DNA from: Moniliella sp. 'wahieum'
Lineage: Eukaryota
Assembly (NCBI GenBank): GCA_003971905.1
Contig: RSEE01000005.1
Span: 744,001-808,000 of the forward strand
Direction of reading: 5' to 3'
Length of the DNA: 64,000 bases
Made by a program: the position numbers and the translations under genes
The notes under the pieces: generated by a model
The model's input: only the letters and a program-made list of their open reading frames with translations
The model's database searches: none
Told to the model about the DNA's origin: nothing
Part shown: positions 13,292 to 25,500 of the stretch, in pieces
Layout of the letters: the number at the start of each line of letters is the position of its first letter
Numbering within the stretch: the first letter of the stretch is position 1

Positions 13292-14293
13292 GCCGCGCTT
13301 GGCGATGGCGGTGGCGAAGGCAATGCTGGGCAGAACAGCAGCAGCACTGCCGGGGGAGGGGGGAGGAGGGGGGGGGAGGGAGGAAGGAAGGGGGGGGGGG
13401 TGAGGAAGAGGAGGTGGTGGTGGTGGTGGGGCGGTGGAGGCGGCGGTGGTGGTGGCAACTGCGCGTCGACACGTCATGCGTCGTGCCAGGAGGAAAAAAA
13501 CGCCGAGGCGCATGCGGCGCACTGGGGCGCTGCGTCGTAAAACAGGGGGAGCGTGGGGGAGCAGAGGCGCGCAGTCCTAGTCACGCGTCACGCGTCACCG
13601 CACACGCGGCCCAACAGGCGCCGTGCCTGGCGCAGCGCACTCGCCCCGTTCGCTGCGGCATGTGTGGCAGGCACGCGCCCACACTGCCCCGCCGCCGCCG
13701 CCTGGGCGACATGTGGCATGGATGACCGATGACTTGCTGACGCCCGCTGCGCTGCCGAACGTCGGCCGCAGCAGACGGAACGGATGGCCGCCCCAACGTT
13801 CGCCAACCAACGATGCGTTGCGCGAAGCATGGTGCTGACGTGTCACAGGGACATGCAACCAGCCGACACGCTGGCCTCTCCAGCGCCCCTTCGGCCGGCT
13901 TCCCGTTGGGATTGGCATTGGAAAGCCTCGCGCTTCAACCTTCAAAGCCCAGTTGTCGCGTGACGCGCGATCACTCCCCACCTGCTCACTCTCCAGACGG
14001 GCCCGTGACGCGTGCTATACCCCTCACATGCATCGCCTGTCACATGTCACAATGCCTTCTGTCACATATCACACGTGTCGCACCCCAAGCTCCAAGAGCC
14101 AGTTTCAAATGTTAAGCTTCGAGCTCTTTCAAGATTCTGTGGCTCCGCGCGCCCTCCGTTCAACGCTTCTTGTTGAACTTCATCGTCTAGCTTTCGTCCC
14201 TCCAAGCTTCAAGCTTGGCCTCGGGCTTTGAGGTTTGCCAGATACACCACGAGCAAATACAGCCCTCAGTGCGAGCACCTCGGATATGCTAGC

Positions 14294-14414
14294 TGTAGAA
14301 GACCAGAGAGCAGGCAGTTGATGGTGTATTGCATTGCACATGAGCTACAGAAGCTAGAGAATCTTTCCGCCCTCCAGGACGCAGGACGGAATATTCCAAC
14401 GAATGAACCCCAAG
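14294..14414 (-). repeat. 3' LTR (copy 1), conserved portion
   Basis: TGTAGAAGACCAGAGA...GAATGAACCCCAAG. 9 mismatches over 114 aligned nt plus a 7-nt duplication (GCAGGAC) versus copy 2. Edge is TG on + (CA on -). Confidence 0.85.
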
Positions 14415-14609
14415 GTCAACCGAGACACGCACATTGCCGACGTGATTGCACAGCACATGCTCACCATTTGCCAGCTCCACCTTTTTCCGCGGGAGTGGCA
14501 CGTTCTCCACTGGCCAGCCGAAGGGGGCCAAACGGGGATCCGCTCCCGAGCCCAGAAGCATTGGCGGTAGAGATCCAGGGGTGGGCTGCGGGGCAGCCCC
14601 GCGTTCCTG

Positions 14610-15889
14610 TTAGTTCGCAGGCGACGCCGGCTCCGCGCGAGGGGAAGTAGATGCAGTAGGAGCGTGGTTGCGTGGAGTAATCTTGCCACCGCCATTGCCA
14701 CGACCTGTGCGGAGTGTAGATGCGGTATAGTGTTTGGCTGGATGCGACACGGACGAGCCTCCTTTGCGGCACCTCGCCGGATTATGACCAGAGCCACCGC
14801 ACTTGCCGCACGTGTGTGCAGGCACTTCGCGCACGCGATCCCGAAGAGCACCTCTATTGAGATCAGCCAAGCGGTCTGGGAACGTGACACCACCGAGGTT
14901 CTCGTGACCGAGTCCACTGAGGTACAGGTAGTCCCACATCTTGTCCGACAGCCCGCGTTGAAGCAAATAGTGAAGCGCTCGCGCCATGCATCAAACTGGC
15001 GCGTGTATTCAGCACCACTGCAGTAGCGGCGGCGCGGGGAGGATCGGTCATCGCATAACGGAGGGAATCGGTGCGACGCCGCCGCGAGGAAACGTATTGC
15101 CATATGTCGGAAGCACGCCGAGGTTCCGGGAACTCGCGTTCAATGTCAGCTCTAGGGGAGCCGGGCTTGGCGTGAGAGATGAACGACAAAAGCACATCGC
15201 CCATAGCAACATCCATGGCTGCGTTGTAGTCAGCGTGTTGAGTCGCGTTCGACTCCAACAGACATGACGCCTTCCCTTCAAGTGGTTCCGATTCGAGATC
15301 CATGTACGCGAACACATCTTTGACAAACTGGGCCCACGGGCGATAGGCTGCCGCCTTGTTCGTCAAGGCAATCTGCGCCACCCTAGGGGCCCGCCATTGA
15401 TTCCAATGGCACTTTCAGCGACAGTTCCCCACGTTTTCGTCGGAGCAACGGGTTGCGGTGTAGTGGCCGCAGTAAGACTGCACGCTTCGGCAGAGGATGT
15501 AGTAGCGTTCAGAGCCGCCTGAAGTAGATCATTCCATGCCTCGGGGAGGAGCGCTTGGGCACACGCCATCCCTCCAGGAACCCCACCATGTCGGATGGGA
15601 GGATAATGAGATCGACTTGTCCAGTCCCCCACAAGGGTGGAGTACTTGTCGTAGGTGTCACCTTAGCGGCGACGCCGGCCGAGTCTTGCCCCAGCTGGGG
15701 GGCGGCTGAATCACCATCATGAATTGTGGACGCATCGTCCAATTCATCATGGGCCCCCGCAGAGGCCTGGATGCCCAAAATCGGAGCAGGGACGTCGTGA
15801 CGCCCATGTTCGGTGAGTTGACCGAGAAGTGTGGTACCGCTTACAGCAGCACTCGACATAAACTGCCCAGGATTCTGGTCGGATCCCAT
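14610..15889 (-). pseudogene. gag: Gag-like protein with CCHC zinc knuckle, split over four frames
   Basis: ORFs 15509..15889, 15363..15632, 14863..15381 and 14610..14987. CGKCGGSGHNPARC (C-x2-C-x4-H-x4-C) at 14769-14810. Confidence 0.7.
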
Positions 15890-15996
15890 CGTGCTCTTGG
15901 CAGGACGACGGGGTGGTGAGAAGCAGTAGTTTTCTGACTACTCCGCTGGACTTTGTGCAGGGGTAGTGACCATACACATAGGCTCAGGCAAAAAAC

Positions 15997-16009
15997 GGGC
16001 CCGATAACC
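15997..16009 (-). other. Primer-binding site GGTTAT(C)GGGCCC, half-tRNA-iMet (copia/Ty5) type
   Basis: The minus strand reads ...TCTCCA|GGTTATCGGGCCC immediately after the LTR-terminal CA. Copia and Ty5 PBSs are GGTTATGGGCCC and GGTTATGAGCCC. Confidence 0.75.
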
Positions 16010-16123
16010 TGGAGAAGACCAGAGATCAGGCAGTTGGTGGTGTGTTGCTTCGCACATAAGCTACAGAAGCTAGAGAATCTTTCCGCCCTCCAGGACGGAA
16101 TATTGCAACGAATGAACCCGAAG
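16010..16123 (-). repeat. 5' LTR (copy 2), conserved portion
   Basis: TGGAGAAGACCAGAGA...GAATGAACCCGAAG, a direct repeat of 14294-14414. Confidence 0.85.
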
Positions 16124-16657
16124 TTCCGGGCTTGGGCCACCCCGGGGCCAGTCACCGTGTGTGGCGTCACAGTGTGATAAGATCTAAAAAGATGACCCAT
16201 ATCGATGACCACCGCGCATCATCTCCATCATCTCCATCATCTGCACATCATCCAAGCCCAACGCCCATACAGAAGAGGCACATGCGTAGCCTACAAAACA
16301 GGCAGCCAGCCCATTAGAGCCCCAGTGTATGGATCACTCCAGATTCCACCCAATGAATGATCATGATCGGCGCGATCAGCGCGACCTTTGATCATTTGAT
16401 CGCATGCGCGTTTAGTCCAACCAGTGTCCAGCGCCCAGCCATCATCATGTGCGTCCTGCTTCGCCACCATGCCCTCTTTCCTCCATTTTCCCCTGTCATA
16501 GTCGTAATCAGTCAGCTAGCTCCCTTGTGGCGTGCGATCAACACGGTCAATCCCACACGCCACTCCCTCTGCACACTTTCGGTTCCCATGTAAGCAGACA
16601 CGTCCATAACTCGCGTCCGCCCTACCCATTCATCCCAGGGGGGCAATGCATTCCCTC

Positions 16658-17749
16658 TCACGCCTTTTTGTCGTGTTCTTGTTGATCCTGCATGCTCATC
16701 GCAATGGCCTTGGAGATAGCCTCGTCCTCGTCCATCTCCTCGTCTCCATCCCCATCCTTGGCTTCGGGCATTGCTGCATCCTCTTCGCCAGTCTTGGATA
16801 GCGCCAGCGCCTTTTGCAACATCGCTTCCTCATCCTCCTCGTCCTCGTCCTCTTCCTCCACCAGCGCTGCTGTGGTGGGTGGACCCGGCGTCTGTTCCCG
16901 CCCTGCCAAGCTGGACTGCGCTGGCTCAGCCTGGGCTGCAGCCCGCAGCCGCGCCTCCTCCTCCTCGAGCGACATGCGCAAAGCCTGGTGAAATTGTTAG
17001 GAGTGCACTCATCCCTGGAATGGGGGGAGGACATACCATTGCAAGGTCCGGGTCATTAGCAAAGTCTACCTCTCCAAACGCCGTGCCGCCTGCATCGTTG
17101 GAACCAAACTCTTCAGCCAAGATGGGGGAGGAGCGGAGCACATCCGATACCAGCGACCCTGTACCAGAGGGGATGGAGATGTAGTGTGACGACTCTGATG
17201 CGTTGACCGCCTCGACAAACGCAGCCAACTTGCTCTCGTTCGCCTCTACCTCCCCCACTGATACCACATCCACCGCCACATTGTTCTTCTTTAGCTTTTT
17301 GCCCAGCCGGACCAACTGCTCTTGCGGCTCTGTCAGGGGAGACCCAACAAAGACAAGGATCCGCTGACGTTGGTTCTTGTTTTCCCGGTGCTTAAGGGCC
17401 AGTTGAGCAATGTTGACGGCGGTACTAAAGTTGGTCGTGCCCTCGAGCTTGGCATCGTGCAGCCCCGCAAGAATTTGCCCAATGTCCTTCGTTCGTGTCA
17501 CCAGCACCTCGGGGCTCGAGCCGGCCATGGTCATCACACCCACCTCGTTTTCTGGGTTGGAGTTGACCTTGGCAAAGAACGACGCCAGCAGCGTCGGCTT
17601 GTGCCTCCCAGCGCGTCGGCTGGTAATCCCCATTCCGCATAAACTCGCTGTTGTCCACCCTGGCGACAGAGGATCCCAAGCAGAGCGTCAGCACGCACCC
17701 ACCCGGCAGGAAGCGGTACATACAACATCATCGTTGCTTCGAGCGGCAT
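16658..17749 (-). CDS. RPN10: 26S proteasome ubiquitin receptor Rpn10 (VWA + UIMs); introns ~17660-17723 and ~16985-17036
   Basis: MPLEATMML|VDNSEFMRNGDYQPTRW, NSNPENEVG, AQLALKHRENKNQRQRI, KKLKKNNVAVDVV, DPDLAM|ALRMSLEEE, EDEAISKAIAMSM. Introns have GTATGT...CAG ends. Confidence 0.95.
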
Positions 17750-18100
17750 GTTGGGCAAGCGTAGGCAGAGCCGGTGGAGTCTGTCGGCGGTGTTGGGGGA
17801 GTGGGGTCGTAGCAGCCACGCTGGCTGTTGTTGTACTTTGAGTGTGCGTGATTCATGGGTGCCTATGGTCCTCCAAGGGCCAGGCCGAGTGACGCTGACG
17901 ACGCGTGGGGGGGCTTACGTACGCGTCCTCCCTTCCACCAGCAATTCCGCCAGGCGGCCACCCAGGCGGGCGCTGCGCTCGGCCGAGCCGCCCAAGGCAG
18001 ACGATGGCAGCGGCGCCGCTGGCAACCGCATCCACGCCATCCCTCCTCGGCCGCCACCAGCACCCGTACCACCGCCACCGCGCCGGTCCCTGAGCCCGCC

Positions 18101-19062
18101 ATGTCCTTGTTCCCGCGGACGATCCGCGAGGTGTGGGCCGAGAACTTTGAGGCTGAGATGGAGCTGCTGCGGCACGTGATTGACCGCTACCCATACGTTG
18201 CAATGGACACCGAGTTCCCCGGCATTGTCTCGCGCCCCATTGGCCGCTTCAAGGGCAGCTCCGACTACCACTACCAGACGTTGCGATGCAACGTGGACCT
18301 GCTCAAGATCATCCAGCTCGGCCTGACCGTCTGTGACGAGGACGGCAACGAACCACCGCCGAACGAGCCTAGCATTTGGCAATTCAACTTCCGCTTCAGC
18401 GCAGGCCAAGATATGTGTGCTCCCGATTCGCTCGATATTTTCACAATGCCGGGCTCAATTTTGAGCGGCACGCCACCTCTGGCATTGACCCTAGCCATTT
18501 CGGCGAGCTGCTGATCACCTCGGGCTTAGTCCTATTTGACAATGTCAGATGGGTTTCCTTCCACAGGTACGTTGTATTCCCCTCGATTCTGGCAAGAGAG
18601 GAAACGCTAATCAAGCCACTCCTGCTGAACAGTGGGTACGACTTTGGCTACCTGCTCAAGGTGGTCACTAATGCGCCACTCCCTTTGACCGAGGCTGCGT
18701 TTTTCGATGCGCTCAAGCTCTGGTTCCCCAAGATTTACGACATCAAGTACCTGATGCGGTACTGCAGCAATCTCAAGGGCGGGTTGCAGGACCTCGCTGA
18801 CGAGTTGCAAGTCCAACGAGTCGGGCGGCAACATCAAGCTGGAAGCGATGCCCAGTTGACCGGAAGTGCCTTTTTCCGTTTGCGCGCCCAGTACTTTCAT
18901 GGCGTGATTGACGACAGCAAACTCGGCTGTCTCTATGGCTTTTCGGCAAGTAACGGGCCCGAGGCGGTGCGTGGATACACGCAAGCCCAGGCCCAAGCGA
19001 TGGCCCAAACGCCGCAATCCTTCAACTTTATCTCCGCTGCGCCGCCCAAAGAGGGAAGGTGA
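18101..19062 (+). CDS. CAF1: CCR4-NOT deadenylase Caf1/Pop2 (DEDD); intron 18567-18632, one frameshift
   Basis: IREVWAENFE, YVAMDTEFPG, YQTLRCNVDLLKIIQLG, WQFNF, WVSFH|SGYDFGY, LKGGLQ, HQAGSD. Confidence 0.95.
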
Positions 19063-20394
19063 CCATTTCTTCCCCCAGCCCGGCCCCCCAGGGCAAACAG
19101 GTGTTTAGCCACTAACCCCTTGTACTTCTACCCCTCCCCCTACGAACCGGTAACCGCCCTTGGCTGGTCGCCTGCACATACTGTACACTATGGAGCCAAT
19201 CATTTGTGTCGACTCGAGTTTGCCAACATCCGTAGCACCTAACATATGAAACTCTGGGTGCATCGTACATCAGGTGACAGGTGACATCCAGGCTTGGGCC
19301 ACGTACGTTGCAGTCTTCTTATTAGCCGCCTTTGCGATCAATCCCCATCTGCGGTTGGAGTACTCTCTGTCCTTGGACTGCGATGCGATGTGATGCGCTT
19401 GACAAAGGCGCTGGTCAACACAACGTCTGCCGCGCCAGCCAAAGTGAAGCGATCCGACATGAGAGTATCAGAGGAGATGCTGGGTGAAGAGAGCTCGTTT
19501 TGTCGGGCCCCAGAGGCAAAAATGATCTCGTGGGCTCGGCCTCGGCCGCATACGGAATGTCGGGTTAGATTGCATGGAGCCGCCGTAGCAGAACCAGAGT
19601 TTCTCTTCTCGTACTCTCGCTGCAACCTATATATATCCACCAATTGAGGTCTAACACCGGGGGACGAAACCATCTCCTTCCATCAAGTTCACCAACGACA
19701 GGAGATCAGCCAGCCCTTCATTATGCCCCACAAAAGACACAGGGGCTACCCATCGCAAACACGAATTGATGGGTGCCGAACCAAAGCCATGTCATGTAGA
19801 AAAAGCGCCCCCCCACTGTGTGTATCACAACAAGAGCGGAAATGGTGGGGGAGAGTTACGGTACAGGTCACATGCAGGGATATGAACGGGGGAGAGGGCG
19901 GAAGATCTTCTGGGCAGCCACAATTTCCAAACCCGCCATCAAAGTGGTCACGCAAAGCAAAAGAGGTACTGCGGTCCCAAAGCAAACGAAAGAGATACAC
20001 GTCCAGCGAGCGAAACCGTGAAGGGCTGTTGTTATGGTCAATAGGAGCTTATTGACCCTGGGGGGACCAATGTCATGCCCCGCCAAAAGAGAAAAAGGCG
20101 GTCTAGAAAAGTGCGATGGTATCACAACGCAGGAAAGAGATATGAGATCGGAGACTGTGAGCGGTGGACATGAGAAGTATAAAGTTGATGGTGTGGTGAG
20201 GAAGATCGGAGAGAAGGGAGTTTGTTTTGAAGAGGGTTGAAGCTTGAAGCTTGAAGAGCGACAAAAAACGATACTGACTAATATAGAGAGACGACAAAAG
20301 GTGTGATACACAGGTGTAGAGAGATCAACAGGGCTGAGAACAAACGAGGGAGATCCACTAAAGTATACTTGTATCGAGACAAAAGCTTGCCCCA

Positions 20395-22561
20395 TCAGGG
20401 CCGTCCACCCATTAGCATCCGTTTCAGTCGAAACGAGGAGACGGTGTGAAGGACCCGGGTGGGTGCCAGGGACTTCAAACTGTATCCGCCTACTACAGCT
20501 TCGTCCGCGTTGGAATCAGCGTTTTCGGTACCCAAAGAGTTGAGACGGGAGGAGGATGATTTGCCGTCCAGCTGGTGTTGTGGGGTAGTGTCCAACGCAG
20601 TTTCCCACTCCCGGAGAAGCGACTTGGCTGTGTTGGTAGTCGTATCCTGGGCCGAACCCGTTCCCGAAGTGCGGGTGACAGAGAGGGGAAGAGGAGAAGG
20701 ACGGAGGGTATTGACGGTTGACTGGACGGTAGACACGGAACCAGACTTGTACCGCCCACCATTCGGGAGAGGGGGCTTGGTTGATGGGCAAGCGGTTGAG
20801 GAACGGCGGTGGCCCTTGGGAGCGTCTTCCACCACTTCCCACGTGGAAGTGGAGGGACTGGTCAATACCTCGGTCTTGGACCCATCCCCCGTGGAGGCAC
20901 AGGGCTCCTTTGTCGACAAGGGAACCTGCATGTCGGCTGCAACGGCGGTGGAAAAGAAAAAACGGAGAAAGGGCATACTGTGCCGCTGTGCAACGGAACG
21001 ATTTCCATTCTCCACTGCCGCAGCACTCTTTTCTCCGCCAGAGGGATGGCCATACTGCCCAATCTGAACCGGGGGGGGCATGTTTGGCACTCGAAGCAGC
21101 ACCATAGTGCAACCCCAAAAGAGGGAATGAAGATCGGTGTCGGGCAAGGTGGTGTGGCACACTTGATGACCGCAATGGATTGCCCCCTTCCACCGTTGAC
21201 GCACGCAAGGGAAGGAGGTGAGAAATAAGAGGAGTGCTGGGGTGTGTTGAAATGCAAATCCTGCGTTTCTTCCGCTACCGAATCTGGTAGAGCCAAAGGC
21301 GAATGGATGTGCGTTGACCCGCCCGTAGCGCCTTTGTGGCCATTGTCCCTCGTTGCAGTGGCCACAATGGTCGACCGACGCCGACTCTTGTTCCAATCCG
21401 TCGGAGACGGCGGTGGTTCTCGCTCGGGCGTAGGATGGGAACTGGACAGTTGGGGGGTGAAACTGTTGGGCGGGCCCGAGCTTGGTGCAGTAGAAGTGTT
21501 GTCCCCTGCCGAGCTCTCTGACCCAAACAGAGTAGAAGAAGGTTGGGCAGCTGTAGTGGTGGCCGTCTCCAAAACGCCTTCCGTGGCAAAAATAGAGGTA
21601 TCGTCCCATGAGAGAAAGGAGAGCGGAGACTCCAATGATAGAGGTTGAGGGAGACGGGTGATGGCAGGATTCGATGGACTAGAAGGTAGGTGGTGCGCGT
21701 TACCGGTTAACGGAATCAGGTCCAAGGAAGTGTGTGGAGAATGACTGAGTAAAGTACTGGATGCCACCGACGGAGGAATATGAGCAGAGTCGGTCTCACA
21801 GCTGGAAGGGGAAGTTCCGGGGACAGGACCGGCGTGAATGAAGTTGTTGGAAGACTTGGGTATGATGCTGTAAGCCGTTGGCGAGGAAAGGGTAGAGTGG
21901 GTGGGCGAACGGAAGAGAGTGCGGCGGGTAACGGAACGGGCATAGCGTTCCTGCTCCGCTTCGGCCGCTGGCGTCTTGAGAAATGCATCAGCCGCAAGAC
22001 CCAAATCGACCGCATGAGAAGGGACGAGAAAAGGATGAGCATAGGCGAGCAGCTCCGGCTCGTCAATGCGAAGGTCATAGTCCAGAAGCAGAAGAAACTG
22101 ACGTTCCATCAGATTGACATCCGTCTGGCTGAACAGGCCTCCGTACCTAACCCAGTATTTGTTTTTAAGCGACGAATCATTCAAGTACTTGGCTGCCACA
22201 ATGACACCAGCCAAAAAGATGCGGTGGTGGGTGCACAGTAAGCGCCGTGCCACAAGCGGTAGCCGGGACTTGAGCCGGTAAAGGTACACCATTGTGCACA
22301 ACGCGTCGGTAGCTGAATGTTGCTCTGCTTGACCAACTTGGTAATAAACTGAAAGAGGGTAGGGAGATGCGCCTTTTCTGGTCGGTCTCCGGCCAGTTGG
22401 ATTCCCAACGGTGTTGACTCTGAGGCGCGCTCGCTTTCGCCTCGATTTTGAGCGAGGGTGCGAGAGTCAATGATGGAGGGGATCTCGTTGGCGATATGCT
22501 CTACGAAAGATGCGGAAAAGTATAGGCGAGACATTGTAAGCGGACGGGAAGCTCTATGCAT
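20395..22561 (-). CDS. Pho85 cyclin, Pcl1/Pcl2 subfamily, with long Ser/Thr-rich tail; frameshifted
   Basis: LPTLFQFITKLVKQSNIQLPT...VYLYRLKSRLP...CTHHRIFLAGVIVAAKYLNDSSLKNKYW...FSQTDVNLMERQFLLLLDYDL. Confidence 0.9.
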
Positions 22562-25500
22562 AGACCGAAGAAAGGAGGAAAGGACGGAGAGACGCACCGA
22601 TAAAGTCAGGTCCAACGGGACGTTCCACAAGCTCCATCAGACGGGGGTCGTGAGTTGCGAGGGAGATGAGAGGCGGGATGACGTAGCATCGTTAATGGGG
22701 TGTCAGTCGTGTGGCAGTGGTGTGGGCTGGCTGTGGTCTTTCGTGGTGAGAGTGACGTTGTGTTGCAGCAGTAGATCGAGGTATGAGAGGGCGGGGGTCC
22801 GCGGCCACAGCAGAGAAAAGATGTCAGCAGCGAGAGGTAGAAGGGGGGGTGTAGGAAGGAGAGGTGATGGGTGAAGTGAGGGCAAATGTGTCCGGGTGGA
22901 GGAAACAGAATGGCAGAAGAGGTAGATGGGGTGGGCTCTGCAGTCCATGTGGCGCTGAAAATACTAAAAGATGCAATAGAGCGGCATCCCCGGCGCGCAA
23001 AAGATGCCATTGATACGTGCCTTTCCCTATAGCTCGCATAAACTACGTTTCCTGCATGGCGGGGGCGAAATTGAGCAGTATGTGACACTCGCTGGGGCAC
23101 ACATTTGATATGTGGGGGGGGGCACAGGGAGTAATACTATGACAAGGCAGCGCAACAGAGACCGTGCGCACAAAAACTGAGGAACATATATATTGTGGCA
23201 TCTTTTTGGAGCATATTGGACAAGAGGATGCAGAACAGGGAGGTGGGGAGCTGCGAGGACTATAAGGCTCTGAGCTATATGACCGGTGACCGGTCATCTG
23301 GTGTGTGGGCTCTTCGCATGCAGCATCTTCCCACTGTGTGTCTTCTCCAACCGCGGGGAAGTGGATATGGCTCCCGCTAATCTGGCCCGCATGTCATATG
23401 CGATGGTGGCGCAGTGGAATGGCGGAGAGATGCAATTGTGGCCTCGCTATTCTATACCCCCCCCTGCAGCGGTGCGTGGTGAGCGAAGGGAATTGAGGGC
23501 ATGTCGTTGATCGTGTGCGGAATAGGATGAGCACAGGTTTCAGAGCAATCAAAGGCGCGCTTCAACTGAGAGAGCACTTGCTCTTGGGTAGGGTATCTAG
23601 TAGATGCGCTCTGAAGACATTATGAGATAAGGCACGCGCAGGATGCACAGCCCCTTTTACCCTTGCATTGCGCGGAGGATGAAGAAGAGGAGACAGTCTA
23701 GGGTCGGCGTGGAGGCGACAGTAGGGCAGCACAGAAGATGGATGTGAGCGCAATAATTATATGCGGTGGAGGGAATGCAGAGAGGGCAAAAGTATGATAG
23801 TACGGTACGCATTTCACAGCACACTCTGACCCACCCTTTTCGTTTCCACACCATGCGGGAATCAATCGTGGGCGAAGTAATTATAGGGCTCCCCAATGCG
23901 TGATGCACCAAGGTTAGGGTCCGTCTCTGCTCCACACGCTCCCTGCCATTACTCGGTACACCTGTTGCATGTCCTTGTCATCTAAATCCCGACCCTCTCA
24001 GAGTACATCGTCTCCATTCCCGTCAGGAGTTATTGAATGATGAGATACGACCTGATTCGTGCGTTCGCGGCTGAAAGGTTCCTTCAAAAGCTCCTCCCCA
24101 CAGTGCCTTTCAGTATCGACGCTCAGCGCGCAGCCCTGGCCTCATTAGTATATTGTAGGAGCTCCGACTCTTTCTCGCTTCTACATATCTCCTTTTATTG
24201 CCGCAGACCAAGGGCACCTGGCTGCCTCTTGCTGCGTGTCTGTAATACGTGTTCTTGGTTGGCGGTCACCACCACTGAGGTCACCACATCCCTCTGAAGT
24301 GGTCAGATCTCAGATGTCATGACATGTGGGTCACAGCTCACATAGGCCAAATGCGTACCAAAAGCCAAACGACTGCCGCCCGATGTGTTGCGCAGAGAAG
24401 GTGGAATGGGATAATAGGTACGTACGACGAACTCGGTTTCATCAAGTTCGGGATAAACATGGCCCCCTTCTCGACGTTTGACAGATTCTATTTTGATAAG
24501 TGCCCTATTGATAGCGAGCCCATGAGCCACTCATGTAGGCGAGAGACGTAATCTCAATAGGTTCTCAGGATCCTGGTCGACTCAAAACCACGTTAAGCGT
24601 CAGTTTTAAAGCACAGCTGGCCGCACTCCCCTTATTTTTGACTTTTAGTATCGGGTTTACTATTATGAATGGTTTGTGGGGGGAACGTATAGACGTTGGC
24701 CTTTACCAATGAGTTTTGATTGCCCCGGAAGCTGTTCGTGTTCCTAGGACATTCTCGGGTCGCTATAGAGGATGTAGCTGGTAAACCGGAGAAGCTTTTG
24801 AAGAGAAAAAAATGTTTTCACCTAGGATTAATTATGCCCACACATTGGGCATTCTCGCCCCTGAAACTCCCCCAAAGCCCAATTACTTTTTTCTCTCTCA
24901 CTGCTTCTCAACCTTCTCTCCTCAGGCCTCAATGTCCTCAACATCCTCTGAGGAGGGGCCTTGCTCACAGTGGACACCATATTTAGATAGAAACTAGCGT
25001 TAGGCATACCCCTTTGATGAGTCCTTGAACGACATGAATAATTTTACTTGTGATGAGAGAGAGATACGCGTATCTGTGCAGGCCAGTGTACTCTCAGTAC
25101 TCAACGCCCTACCGAAGAGTACGTACATATGCACATCTCAGCGCCATCAGTACTCAGCACCCAGTGCATCAGCATCACATCAAGCAACTAATTGGTGGTC
25201 TCACCGATACTATATGAGCCTGAGGGGCCTGGGGCATGAGACTCAGGCCAAATGTCAGGGTTCAACGATGAAGTTCATCGATCATCAAGACAGCAGACTC
25301 TCCTTGGCGTGGATGTCAAACCCCCACTGACATACGTGACGGATGTGTGATCGGCTGTTGGTGGGGCTCATAATGCGGGTGTGGCTGAGGCACTGACGCC
25401 CTGAGACTGAGTACTGAGTGAGTACTGAGTACGTCGTCACCCGTGACGTCATGCATGTCCCCCAGGCTCCGCAGCCGTACAGCCGTCCCTCGTCTCCAGC

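Larger units (their letters stand above)
14294..16123 (-). mobile_element. Non-autonomous Gag-only LTR retroelement of Ty1/copia type (TR-GAG-like)
   Basis: Two ~115-120 bp direct repeats bound a 1.6 kb interior with a Gag-like reading frame ending in a CCHC knuckle. A copia-type PBS abuts the 5' repeat. No PR/IN/RT/RH motifs seen. Confidence 0.8.

Noticed and set aside
13350..13460. G-rich tracts with G-quadruplex potential (also 405-560)
   Set aside because: Common (CCT/CCA)n low-complexity leaders in this genome; homopolymer lengths are unreliable in this assembly.
22562..25400. Long, lower-GC divergent intergenic region; possible hidden gene, snoRNA (ATGATGA..CTGA at ~24037-24074) or TE relic
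   Set aside because: No coherent ORF or motif. The C/D-like pair is too short and has no identifiable guide.
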